From NCBI RefSeq assembly GCF_004010195.1, contig NC_057720.1:21055943-21119942 (forward strand): 64,000 nucleotides of DNA, written 5' to 3'. Of this stretch, positions 26,471-38,323 are shown piece after piece (position 1 is the stretch's first letter; each line of letters starts with the position of its first letter). Source of the stretch: Chiloscyllium plagiosum. Lineage: Eukaryota. A model generated the notes under the pieces. It saw only the letters and a list, made by a program, of their open reading frames with translations. It did not search any database and was not told where the DNA came from. Made by a program: the position numbers and the translations under genes.

Positions 26471-26955
26471 AATCCGAGGGGATTACTTTCCAAATCCATA
26501 CCATCTGTGAACACCATGCAAAGAAAATCCAGTTAAAAGTCACTTTTCATTTATCCCCTGAGTATCCTGTGTGCCTTCCAGACATCTCCATCTGCTCAGA
26601 TCAGCTCAACCGCAAGCAGTGTTGTGATTTGAAGCTAAGTTTGATGCAATATGCAGACTCTCTTCTTGGCCAGCCTATGGTTTATGAGTTGATGATGTGG
26701 CTCCAGCAGAACTTTAAGGATGATGCTGACCGTGTCTTAGTGGACCAGACCAGTGAAGGTGACAGTTCACAGCAGCTTTGCAGTGCAGATGGTGGTGTGT
26801 GGATGGCACTTTTGCACTTAGATCACATGAGAGCCAAAGCAAAGTACATAAAGAGCATAGAGAAGTGGACTTCTGACCTCAGACTCACTGGAAGATTGAT
26901 GTTCTTGGGAAAACTCATATTAATTCTTCTGCAGGGAGAGAGGAAAGATATCAAG
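26471..26955 (+). CDS. RWDD3: RWDD3 coding exon 2
   Basis: ttacAG acceptor at 26469-70; phase 1 joins exon 1 in frame. Encodes ...FHLSPEYPVCLPDISI...PMVYELMMWLQQN...LLHLDHMRAKAKYIKSIEKWTSDLRLTGRLMFLGKLILILLQGERKDIK, recognisably RWDD3. GT donor at 26956 (phase 0). Confidence 0.96.
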
Positions 26956-27747
26956 GTAGTAATCTTGCTTCTCAGAGTTGTGATTTTACTAATCTATCGG
27001 GCCTTTTCCATTTCAATAAGTTACGTATTGTGTCTTTACAAAATGTTCTTTTCATGTTAATCTTCTATCTCTGCTCTCCCGAAGTTCTTGGCTCCTTGCT
27101 GCAGTGTAGTTTTAGTTTGCATGCTTTGGTAAGAGCCATAAGAGCCCATTATTCAACAGCAAGATGTCAGACCAGTGATAGGGGACCAGAAATATGTCAT
27201 TCAGCCCATCGAGTCTGCTGAGCTGTTCAGTGAGATCATGCTTGATTTAATAATCCTTAACTCCACTTGCATAAATTCACAACCCTCAGCGAGATGAAAT
27301 TTGTTTTCCTCTCTTCTTAAATGGGAGACCTCTTACTCTGAAATTATGCGTTCTGGTCCTAGACTCTCTCACAAGGGGAAACAGCCTATCCACATTTACC
27401 CTTCAAGCCTTCTAGAATGTTGCTTGCTTCAATAAGGTTGCCTGTCTTTCCCTTTGGACTCCAATGAGTACAGACCCAACTTACTCCACCTGTTATCATC
27501 AGAAAATCTCTTCATACCTGGATCAATCTTGAGCTTTTCTGGATTGCCTCAAATAAGTCTTTCCTTTGATAACGGGACCAAAAATTTTTTTCCCACTCAC
27601 TTAATGTATTTCTATCTGACTACAAACTCTGTGTCTCCTCACAACTTGCTTCTCCATCTATTGTGGTATCATCTGCAAACTTGGCTATGGTACATTCACT
27701 TCCATCATCTACGTCAGGAATATAAGTTGTAAATAATTGTAACCTGG

Positions 27748-28035
27748 GGAGTGATCCCTATGACACTTGACTAGTTACAGGTTGCCATCCTGAAAGTGCC
27801 CCTATTATCCCAAGTCTTTGTTTTTTATTAGTTAGGAAAATGCTCCCAACAGTTCCTACCTTTTTAAGTAGTGTTATGTGTGATAACTTATAAAAGTTAT
27901 CACACATAACACTACTTAAAAAGGTAGGCACGGTGGCACAGTGGTGTCTAACTAATAAAAAACAAAGACTTGGGATAATAGGGGCACTTTCAGGATGGCA
28001 ACCTGTAACTAGTCAAGTGTCATAGGGATCACTCC
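27748..28035. repeat. Near-perfect 288-bp palindrome (fold-back duplication)
   Basis: Arms symmetric about 27891/27892 with a 4-nt loop (ataa). One 19-nt non-complementary patch, 27836-27854 vs 27929-27947. Confidence 0.93.
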
Positions 28036-28615
28036 AGTGTTATATGTGATAACTATCAAAAGTATTTTGGAAATCCAAATAGGTTAGATTTACTAGTTTC
28101 CCAAGATAAAGTCTGCTTTCTAACATCGCGAACAATTCTAAAAAATTTGTCAGTCATAATTTTCTGTTTATGACTCTGCTTGATTATGTTTTGAATTTAG
28201 AACATAGAACAATACAGAGCAGAACAGGCCCTATGGCCCTCAATGTTGCGCCGACCTGTGAATTATTCTTGGCTCGTCCCTCTACACTATCCCAAAATCA
28301 TCCATGTGCTTATCTAAGGATTGTTTAAATCTCCCTACTGTGGCTGAGTTTATTACATTGGCAGGTAGGGCATTCCAAGCCCTACTAAATGCTTTGGTAG
28401 AATATCGTTTATAGTAGTGACTAATATTTTCCGATGACAGACGCTAAGCTAACTGACCTAGAGCCACTTGTTTCTCATCTCTCATTTTGAATAGCAGTGT
28501 TACATTTGCAGTTTCCAATCTTCTGTGATTTTCCAGAATCTAACGAGTTTCGGAAAATCATTACCATTGTACCCACCATCTCTGCAGTTAGTTCCTTTGA
28601 TCTCCTGGGATTAGA

Positions 28616-28823
28616 GGAGAAAGTGAGGTCTGCAGATGCTGGAGATCAGAGCTGGAAATGTGTTGCTGGAAAAGCGCAGCAGGTCAGGCAGCATCCAGGG
28701 AACAGGAGAATCGACGTTTCGGCATAAGCCCTTCTTCCTGAAGAAGGGCTTATGCCCGAAACGTCGCTTCTCCTGTTCCCTGGATGCTGCCTGACCTGCG
28801 CTTTTCCAGCAACACATTTCCAG
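28616..28823. mobile_element. Fold-back PLE pLTR mini-element
   Basis: Head-to-head pLTR ends. TSD ctcctgggattaga at 28602-28615 and 28824-28837. Confidence 0.9.
28735..28770 (+). ncRNA. Minimal hammerhead motif, sense to RWDD3 intron 2
   Basis: ttc-CTGAAGA-a-gggc-ttat-gccc-GAAAC-GTC. Core intact, stem I weak. Confidence 0.6.
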
Positions 28824-29990
28824 CTCCTGGGATTAGACCCAGGGAACCAATGTTCCTTCTGCACTGCATGACTGCGCTTACAGCTGCTCCAAGGTTCCAT
28901 GCATAACAATCAGCCTTCGACATCCCGATCTTGGTTCTGGAATTTGCTGCTGTGCACGGACCTTGGAGGCCCACATAGCCGGAAAGAAAACTATTGGCTT
29001 TGGCCTTATTTGTTTCCCTAGTTTTGTTTTCCGTGTAGTGTTAGTTATTGCATTTATTTCCAGCCTGGCTTTTTCCCCTTGACTATTTAGCCTTTTGGAA
29101 TGCTCTAAGTGTCTAACACGATGACTGATGCACAATATGTATTCATCTGCCCTGTTATTTCTTGATTCCCCATTCTTATTTCCCAAGCCACACTCTCTAA
29201 GAGGCCTATGTTCACTTTGCCTCTCTATTCCTTTTGTATTTTACAAACATCTATTATTCCTTTTGTATTACTTGCTAGTTTACCCTCCTAGTTTACTTTA
29301 TCCCACTTCATTATTTTTATGATGATCTCTTGTTGGTTTTTATAATTTTCTCAATCCTCAATGTTGCCACTACTATTTGCTACATTGTATGCTTTTCCTT
29401 TCAATTTAATACTATCCGCAACTTCCTTGGTTAATCATGGTTGTTTAATTCCCTTGCTCGAATTCTTTCTCACTAGGATGTAGTGAGAAATGGATGAACT
29501 GCAAGTATATTGCAATAGATGAACTGTTTTCTTAAATACAACCATTGTTTGTCAACTGTCTTTGCTGCTAAACGCCTTTCCCAGTCCATCCCAGCCAAGA
29601 CTGCCGTCATTCTTTTGAGATTACCCTTATTCAAGTTTAGCACAATTGTTTTTGACTCCAGTTTCTCACTCTCAAACTGAATGCACAAATCTATCTTATT
29701 ATAATCATTGTTTTCTTGAGCATCTTTTGCTCTGAGATTATTTATTAAGCCTGCTTTATTATATGTCAGTAGATCCAAAATAGCATAATCCCTGATTATC
29801 GAACAATATGTTTTGAATAAGGTTTTCCTGAATCCTCTTCCTTGTGGCTACCTTTGCCAATTTGATTTTCCCAATCTATATGAAGATTAAAGTCATACAT
29901 GATTAATGAGTTTTTTTAATAATACATGGCCTCATTATCTCCGATTTATTCTCTGTCCCACATTTAGCTACTGTTAGGGGGCCTATAGAT

Positions 29991-30106
29991 CAGTGTTCCC
30001 TCTAATTTTCTTACTGACCGCAGGGACCTCTGAGCCACATGCAGGGAAGTAGTCTCTAATTCCTGTGTGCAGAATATAAGAGCAACGCAGCTTAGAGGGA
30101 ACATTG
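29991..30106. mobile_element. hAT-type MITE (116 bp)
   Basis: TIRs cagtgttccctctaa / ttagagggaacattg. Imperfect 8-bp TSD ctatagat / ctagagac. Confidence 0.82.
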
Positions 30107-31120
30107 CTAGAGACTGCTCCCACTAGTGCTTCTCTCCCTTGTTATTTCTTTCCGTCCGCCCATAAGGATTCCATGACTTTCAATCCAGATCATCTCTTGC
30201 TGTTATACTAATTCCGTACTGTACTAACTAAGCCACCCGACCACCCTTTTCTTCCTGTCTGCCATTTCAAGAATTCAGACCCCTAAATATTCAGTTCCCA
30301 GATTTGATTGCCTCGTAAAAAAGTCTCAGTAATGACCATAAGATCATACCTGTTAACTTTTACTTCTGCCATTTACTCATTTATTCTGTCCTGAATACTA
30401 CATAAGTAAAGAACATTTAATACAGTCCTTTCACTAATTTTTTTCTTACTTTGATCCTATTTATAAATAGAGCATCATTTATATTTGTGCACTCTGTCCC
30501 TTATAGTTACCGAAACAAATGTCCTCCTTTGCTGCCAAAATCTTTTGCTTTGTCAGCCTACAAATCCCCTCTTCAGGACTTTCGTTTCCATTTCTGTTTA
30601 GTTTAAAGCTCTCTATACAGCCCTTGTTATTTGATTCGCCAGGACTCTGGTCCCATTACAATATAAGTGAAGCCCATGATGCCAAAATATTTCCCTTCTA
30701 TCCAGTACTGGTGCCAGTGCCCCATGAATTGAAATCATTTCCTCCCACATCAATCTTCGAGCCATGCACTAAATTTCTTGACTTTATTTATCACATGTCA
30801 GTTTGCCTGTGGCGCAGGTAGTTATCCTGAGATCATTACTTTGGAGGCTGTCCTATTTAGTTTGGTCCTAACTGTTCAAAGTCTTTCAGAACTACCGACT
30901 AGTCCTCTTAATGTCATTGGTATCAATGGGGATGATGACAACTGGATCGCTCCCTTGCCTCTCCAAGTTCCTTTCCAACCCTGAGGCGATGCCCTTAACT
31001 GTGCCTCTGGGCAGGCAACACAACTTGGTAAAAACAATGACTGCAGATGCTGGAAACCAGATTCTGGATTAGTGGTGCTGGAAGAGCACAGCAGTTCAGG
31101 CAGAATCTGAGGAGCAGTAA

Positions 31121-31156
31121 AATCGACGTTTCGGGCAAAAGCCCTTCATCAGGAAT
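31121..31156 (-). ncRNA. Minimal hammerhead motif
   Basis: Minus strand attc-CTGATGA-a-gggc-tttt-gccc-GAAAC-GTC-gatt. Confidence 0.72.
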
Positions 31157-31227
31157 AAAGGCAGAGAGCCTGAAGGGTGGAGAGATAAGCTAGAGAAGGG
31201 TGGGGGTGGGGAGAAAGTAGCATAGAG

Positions 31228-31422
31228 NNNNNNNNNNNNNNNNNNNNNNNNNNNNNNNNNNNNNNNNNNNNNNNNNNNNNNNNNNNNNNNNNNNNNNNNN
31301 NNNNNNNNNNNNNNNNNNNNNNNNNNNNNNNNNNNNNNNNNNNNNNNNNNNNNNNNNNNNNNNNNNNNNNNNNNNNNNNNNNNNNNNNNNNNNNNNNNNN
31401 NNNNNNNNNNNNNNNNNNNNNN
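31228..31422. other. Assembly gap
   Basis: Run of N. Confidence 1.
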
Positions 31423-32990
31423 GAGACCGCATCGTGAGCAACGGATACAATAAATGATATTGGTGGATGTGCAGGTAAAACTTTGATGGATGTGGAAAGC
31501 TCCTTTGGGGCCTTGGATGGAGGTGAGGGAGGAGGTGTGGGCACAGGTTTTACAGTTCCTGCGGTGGCAGGGGAAGGTGCCAGGATGGGAGGGTGGGTTG
31601 TAGGGGGTCGTGGACCTGACCAGGTTGTCACGAAGTGAACGGTCTTTGCGGAAGGCGGAAAGGTGTGGGGAGGGAAATATATCCCTGGTGGTGGTGTCTG
31701 TTTGGAGGTGGCGGAAATGTCGGCGGATGGTTTGGTTTATGCGAAGGTTGGTAGGGTGGAAGGTGTGCACCAGGGGCGTTCTGTCCTTGTTGCGGTTGGA
31801 GGGGTTGGGTCTGAGGGCGGAGGTGCGGGATGTGGACGAGATGCGTTGGAGGGCATCTTTAACCACGTGGGAAGGGAAATTGCGGTCTCTAAAGAAGGAG
31901 GCCATCTGGTGTGTTCTGTGATGGAACTGGTCCTCCTGGGAGCAGATACGGCGGAGGCGGAGGAATTGGGAATACGGGATGGCATTCTTGCAAGAGGTGG
32001 GGTGGGAAGAGGTGGCAACACAACTTCCATAACCAACTTTTACGACGGCTGTAAATGGCATCTATCTCCCTAAATACTGTCCCCTACAACTACTAAGTCC
32101 CAGTTACCTCCCCCATTGCTGAATGCCTTCCTGTACTAAAAGTGTGTGGTCAGTTTGCTCATCCACCTCACTCTCATTCACTCAGCTTGCAAGAACTTGG
32201 TACCTGTTGGACATTTGTAGATGCTGAGACTCTTTGCAAGCTACCCCTCAATTCTACATAGTTGCCTCACTGGCAGGTCTTAACACTGATATCCAGCTCA
32301 AATGTTAAATACCTCAGCTGAGGGGTGTGACCACCTGCTGTAGTTACCTGTCCAGGACCCTTTCCCATTCCCTGGCATGATGTAATGTGTGCAGCCCTGA
32401 CTCCAGTTCCTCAGCTCGGATCCAACATTGGTTCAGTTAAAGCATGTGGAAGCTGAGTCCAAGTCTTGGCATCCCTTGCACAAGTTGGCCAACAGATATG
32501 GCAAACTTTATTTTAACCAGTCCTTTAAGAATCAGGACAAATAAACCCCTCAAATCCTGTGATGTTTGCTGGATTAATGTGTCCAATTATTATAGTTTGT
32601 AAATGTATTTACCTCAGCGTAAATATACTTATTGTTCAATCGAAGGGCCACACAAAATATCAACAGTTGATTCAATTTCTCCTCAAATACCGCAATCTCT
32701 GCAAGTCTGGATTGTCAGTTGAGATTGAGAATGAGAAGGCTCTCTACCAATATGTTTTATTTAAGGCAAAGTTGCATTATTATTTCAGTGATTTATGCTG
32801 TAATTAAAGTTTAACAGTGATGTATATGCCCCCTGAATTACACTTCTATTACTTAGCATCTGTTTTTATATTATGTTGTGGATCTCCTGATTATGGAGGA
32901 GAAAGTGAGAACTGCAGATGCTGGAGATGAGAGCTGAAAATGTGTTGCTGGAAAAGCACAGCAGGTCAGGCAGCATCCAAGGAGCAGGAG

Positions 32991-33027
32991 AATCGACGTT
33001 TCGGGCGTGAGCCCTTCTTCAGGAATG
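32991..33027 (-). ncRNA. Minimal hammerhead motif
   Basis: Minus strand cattc-CTGAAGA-a-gggc-tcac-gccc-GAAAC-GTC-gatt. Confidence 0.72.
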
Positions 33028-33932
33028 AGGAAAATGTGTCTAGCAGGCTAAGATAAAAGGTAGGGAGGAGGGACTTGGGGGAGGGGCGTTGGAAAATGGG
33101 AGTCGGCCATTCAGTCCCTTGACGTTAACATGCCTATAGTATTAGCATGTGTGCAGGGCTACTAGATGGTTTTAACTATAAAATTGTGGATATCCCTCCA
33201 ACTGCTTCTTCCTCCTTTTCAATCCCGTTACCTCCTCTTTGGCTGATATCTTGCAGTCCTAATTCCAGCCTGAAAACATCAACAATATTTCCTGGATCGT
33301 TTGGCAGCTTTCACAAAGCGATAGTTCAACCTACGAGTCTGACAAAGAGTGGAAATGTCAAATTGTGTTGTTTTGTTCTCGAGAGCATCATACACAGAGT
33401 GATTTACAGGATGTTTGATACAATGCATGCTATTACAAACACTTTGCTGTTCTCCTTTCATCATGTTGCTGTTATCCCCTTTGACAGTTCCCCACATGCT
33501 AGGTCACTGGAGTTGAACCACAACGGAGTACAGCAATGAATAACAATAAAAACTGTGTATTTACAAGCAGCAATGTGTTCAGATAATTCAAAGAAATTTT
33601 CATCAAGCACTGATCCGATAATGGAATCCCACAAATGTTTAATGTTCAGGGTATTATCAGGCTGACTGCAATGCATATATCAGGGATCCAGTGATAACTG
33701 TGCTCCTTTATGCTTTGGGGACTAAGCCAACCTACTGTAATCCAAGCCAAGCACTGTAGGAGTGTCATCAGCAGAGCTTTTGCAAAGTCTTTCAAATTCA
33801 GTGGCAAGACAGACAGCCCAACCACAGTGCCCATTCCCAAAGCAAGCTGAGGAAGGGTCACTGGACTCGAAACATTTTAACTAGAAGAAAGTGAGGACTG
33901 CAGATGCTGGAGATCAGAACTGAAATATGTTG

Positions 33933-33970
33933 CATTCCTGAAGAAGGGCTCATGCCTGAAACGTTGATTC
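33933..33970 (+). ncRNA. Minimal hammerhead motif, sense to RWDD3 intron 2
   Basis: cattc-CTGAAGA-a-gggc-tcat-gcct-GAAAC-GTT-gattc. A degenerate third-family motif CTGAGGAagggtcactggactcGAAAC lies 91 nt upstream at 33847. Confidence 0.68.
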
Positions 33971-34194
33971 TCCTGCTCCTTGGATGCTGCCTGACCTGCT
34001 GCGCTTTTCCAGCAACACATTTTCAGCTCTCATCTCCTGATTATCCCATTATTTGATTAATCGGCACATTCCTGGTCCCATAGGTGCGAAATAATAAAAA
34101 GTTTATTGTACTTTGAGAAGATTCACTTGATATGATGAGAAGCATCCATCTTGGACTGCCTCTCTTCCTTTAGCTCAAAGGTGCCTGACATTAA

Positions 34195-37100
34195 GATCAT
34201 AAGACCATAAGACATAGGAGTGGAAGTAAGGCCATTCAGCCCATCGAGTCCAATCCACCATTCAATCATGGCTGATGGGCATTTCACTCTCCCTGCTACC
34301 CTTAATTCACTATAAAGTGAACAGGTGCAGCCCCAACACTGAACCCTGTGGGACATCATTTGTCACCAGCTGCCATTCCAAAAAAAGATCAAGAATTTAT
34401 CAATCTCTGCCTTGAATACATTTAACGTTCCGGCCACCATTGCGGTCCATGTCAATGAATTCCACAGGCCCACCACTCCCTGGTTGAATAAATGCCTCAT
34501 TTCTGTTCAAAATTGACACCCTCTAATTCTAAGGCTGTGCCCACAGGTCCTAGTCGCCCTGCCTAATGGAAACAACTTCCCGGCGTCCACCCTCTCTAAG
34601 CCATGCATTATCTTGTAAGTTTCTATTAGATCTCCCCTCAACCTTCTAAACTCTGAATGAATACCATCCCAGGATCCTGAGCCGTTCATCGTATGTTAGG
34701 CCTACCATTCCCGGGATCATCCGAGTGAATTTCTGCTGGACATGCTCAGTGCCAGTATGTCCTTCCTGAGGTGTGGGGCCCAAATTTGGACACAGTATTC
34801 TAAATGGGGCCTAACTAGAGCGTTATAAAGTCCCAGAAGCACATCGCTGCTTTTATATTCCTACAGTCTTGAGATAAAAGACAACATTACGTTCGCTTTC
34901 TTAATCACGGACTCAACCTGCGAGTTAACCTTTAGAGAATCCTGGACGAACACTCCCAGATCTCTTTGTATTTTGGCTTTAAGAATTTTCTCATCGCTTA
35001 CAAAATAGTCCATGCCTATATGCTTTTTTCCAAAGTGCAAGACCTCTCATTTACTCACGTTGAATTTTATCAGCCATTTCCTGGACCACTCTCCTAAACT
35101 GTCTAAGCCTTTCTGCAGCCTCTCCACCTAACTCCAAATCATCGGCAAACTTCACCAGGATGCCCCCGGTCCCTTCATTCAGATTATTAATATATAAAGT
35201 GAACAGCTGCGGCCCCAACACTGAACCCTGTGGGACATCATTTGTCACCAGCTGCCATTCCAAAAAAAGAACCTTTTATCCCAACTCTCTGCCTTCTGTC
35301 AGACAGCCAATCCTCAATCCATGCCAGGAGCTCACCTTGAACATCATGGGCCCTCACCTTACTCAGCAGCCTCCCGTGAGGCACATTATCAAAGGCCTTT
35401 TCAAAGTCTAGATAGATAACATCCACTGGGTTTCCCTGGTCGAACCTACTTGTTACCTCTTCAAAGAATTCTAACAGGTTTGTCAGGAACAACCTCCCCA
35501 TACTAAATCCATGCTAACTTGTTCTAATCCAACTTTGCACTTCCAAGAATTTAGGAATCTTATCCTTAACGACGGATTCTAGAATTTTACCTACAGTCAA
35601 GATTAGGCTAATCGGCCTGTAATTTTCCATCTTTTGTCTTGATCCTTTTTTGAACAAGGGGGTTACAACAGCGATTTTCCAATCATCTGGGACTTTCCCT
35701 GACTCCAGATATTTTTGAAAGATCACAGTCAGTGCCTCCACTATTTCCTCTGCCACTTCTCTCAGAACTCTAGGATGTAGCCCATCCAGGCCAGGAGATG
35801 TATCAATTTTTAAACCTTTTAGCTTTTCTAGCACTTTCTCTTTTGTAATGGCTACCATACTCCACTCTGTCCCCCTGACTCAGCTTAATTGTTGGGATAT
35901 TACTCATGTCTTCCACTGTGAAGACTGACACTTAGTACTTAGTAAGTTCTTCAGCTATTTCCTTATCTCCCAGCACTAGCCTTCCTGCATCAATTTGGAG
36001 CGGCCCAATGTCTATTTTTGCCTTTCGTTTGTTTCTTATGTATTGAAAGAAACTTTTACTATCATTTCTAATATTACTGGCTAGCTTACCCTCATATTTG
36101 ATCCTCTCCTTCTTTCTTTCTCTCTTTGTTATCCTCTATTTGTTTTTGTAGTCTTGCCAATTTTCTGATTTCCCAGTGCTCTTGACCACTTTATTGGGTC
36201 TCTGTTTTTCCGTGTTGCATTTCCTGACTTCCTTTGTTAGCCATGGCTGTCTGCTTTTCACCCCCACCGCCAACACTGGATAATCTTTCTTTTCTTTGGG
36301 ATGAACTTCTGTACTGTGTACTCAATTACACCTCGAAACTCCTGCCAGAAACTCTTCCCCACTAGGCTCTGCTTCCAGTCGATTTTTCAGTTTCTCTCTC
36401 ATGTCCCTGTAATTACCTTTATTTAACTGTAACACCATTACATCCAATTTTACCTTCTCTCTTTTGAACTGCAGACTGAACTGTACCATATTATGATCGC
36501 TGCCTCCTAAGTTTTCCCTTACTTTCAGATCTTTTATAAAGTCTGGCTCATTACATAGCACTAAGTCCAGAATAGCCTGCTCCTTTGTGGGCTCCATGAC
36601 AAGCTGTTCCAAAAAGCCATGCTGTAAGCATTCAATGAATTCCCTTTCTTTGGATCCACCGGCAACATTATTCACCCAGTCCACCTGCATGTTGAAGTCC
36701 CGCATGATCACCGTGACCTTGTCTTTCTGACATGCCCTATCTATTTCCATGTACATCTTGAGCCCCTGGTCTTGACCACTGCTGGGAGGTCTGTACATAA
36801 CTCCCATTATGGTTTGTTTGCCTTTGTGGTCCCTCAACTCCACCCACACAGACTCCACATCCTCTGACCCTATGTCATTCAATGCCATAGATTTAATTTC
36901 ATTCTTAACTAACAAGACAACCTCGCCTCCTCTGCCCAACTCCCTGTCTTTTCAATAAGTTATAAATCTTGGATGTTTAACTGCCAGTCCTGAACCCCCT
37001 GCAGCCACGTCTCTGTGATGCCCACCACATCATAATCATTCATGATGATTTGTGCTGTTAATTCGTCAACTTTGTTACAAATACTACGAGCATTCAGGTA

Positions 37101-37570
37101 GAGTGCCTTAATGCTAACTTTCTTATCACTATTAGAGATATTGGAAATCATAAGATGTCCTAAGTTATCCTTCCTTTTTGCTGCATTCCTAATCTGCCTC
37201 GAGCTTAAACCCACCTGCTAACCTGCTGCTTATCTTTCCATTTATCTCCATACTCCCTATTGCTTTCCCTCTCCCTTCCCCACCCCCCCCCCCCCCGACT
37301 CAGAACTTTAAAGTCCTACTGACCACCCTATTTATCCTTTTCGTTAGAACACTGGTTCCAGATCAGTTCAGGTGGAGACCCATCCCAACGGTACAGAGCC
37401 CTGTGGCTTCCAAAATTGATGCCAATGCCCCATAAAATGGAATCCCTCTTTCCCACACCGATCCCTTAGCCACGTGTTTACTTCCCAAACTTTCTTAGAA
37501 CACACCTACTTAAATACCAATCACTTGCCTTCCCAACAGCCTCCCTGCTCTGACCTCACTTCTGCCCAGT
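34195..37570 (-). mobile_element. Long CR1 LINE (ORF2 endonuclease+RT, 5' region) in RWDD3 intron 2
   Basis: LYLNARSICNK..VVGITETWL, MYRPP, GGSDHNMVQF, ENYRPISL, YLDFEKAFD, VPQGSVLGP and KFADD, with frameshifts. Confidence 0.93.
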
Positions 37571-37963
37571 CCCTACCACTCCGTGCTGTTAAAAAAAACC
37601 CCTCTGCTGCTGACACCAGCTCGTGTGAAAAGATCAGGGATCAAATTGGAGACTTCCTTGCATCTTAGATTAAGCTATGCACCCTGCTGAAAGTTGCTGA
37701 ATTAAGGGAAAATTTACATGATATATTTTTCCTTAAAGAATTCTCAATTCAGTGGTGATAGAGACGAGCATGCACGATAAAGATCAACTCAAGATTGTTA
37801 GATGTGGTTCCATCTGATTTGCTTTTCAATTAAAAATGATCTGGTGAAAGCCATGAGTTGGGACAATGCACCGCAATCCAGCTGTTTTTAAAAATTGAAT
37901 TGCTCAAAAATCATCAGCTTTGTGCACTTAACTTGTGTGTCCTTTTGATGTTAAAATGGAAAG

Positions 37964-38079
37964 GACTATCTAGTCCTCCAGAAAACCTCTAAGGTGGATG
38001 TGGACTCCAGTGGAAGGAAATGCAAAGAAAAGATGCTAAGTGTTCTGTGTGAAGTAAAGCTTCAAGCAGGGCAGCTCAG
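37964..38079 (+). CDS. RWDD3: RWDD3 coding exon 3
   Basis: [38 protein letters not shown](R), matching the conserved RWDD3 [14 protein letters not shown] motif. AG at 37962-63; GT at 38080 (phase 2). Confidence 0.95.
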
Positions 38080-38199
38080 GTAAAGCTCATCAAATAGACA
38101 TCGCATTACAGCATGTCAAAGTAGATTAGATTAATTGTTTCATTCTGAATATTGGATGAGAAGTACTGATTTTAATAAAAAAAAGTATTTCCCTTTCAG

Positions 38200-38323
38200 G
38201 CTTACAAGCTTTGCTGTGAAAGAGTTTGCATCAGGGGCTGAGTTGCATCAAGAATTTGAAGCGCTGGGCTTGTCAGGCTTGTATGACAAGTTTGTAAGAT
38301 TTTCAAAGATTCCTGCAACCTGA
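38200..38323 (+). CDS. RWDD3: RWDD3 coding exon 4 (terminal)
   Basis: tttccctttcAG acceptor after a 120-nt intron. Encodes (R)LTSFAVKEFASGAELHQEFEALGLSGLYDKFVRFSKIPAT, then TGA at 38321-23. Spliced CDS 73+485+116+124=798 nt. Confidence 0.93.

Larger units (their letters stand above)
27170..30410 (-). mobile_element. Old, fragmented CR1 with nested insertions
   Basis: Minus-strand CR1 3' UTR at ~27170-27500, RT remnants, and endonuclease remnant DYNKIDLCIQFE..VLNLNKGN at 29473-29778. Confidence 0.7.
31027..32013 (-). mobile_element. 5'-truncated young Penelope-like element (contains an N gap)
   Basis: Open frame CKNAIPYSQFLRLRRICS...CHRRNCKTC...CTSTNIIYCIRCSRCGL. Intact pLTR tail. TSD ggcaacacaactt at 31014-31026 and 32014-32026. 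Confidence 0.93.
32895..34031 (-). mobile_element. Composite PLE-terminus-bounded insertion carrying non-PLE cargo
   Basis: pLTR (32895-~33094), cargo (~33095-33881), pLTR tail (33882-33932), inverted pLTR (33933-34031). TSD atctcctgattat at 32882-32894 and 34032-34044. Confidence 0.8.

Noticed and set aside
26569..27060. 163-aa ORF as a standalone gene
   Set aside because: It is part of RWDD3 exon 2 plus intron read-through; the true boundaries are splice sites.
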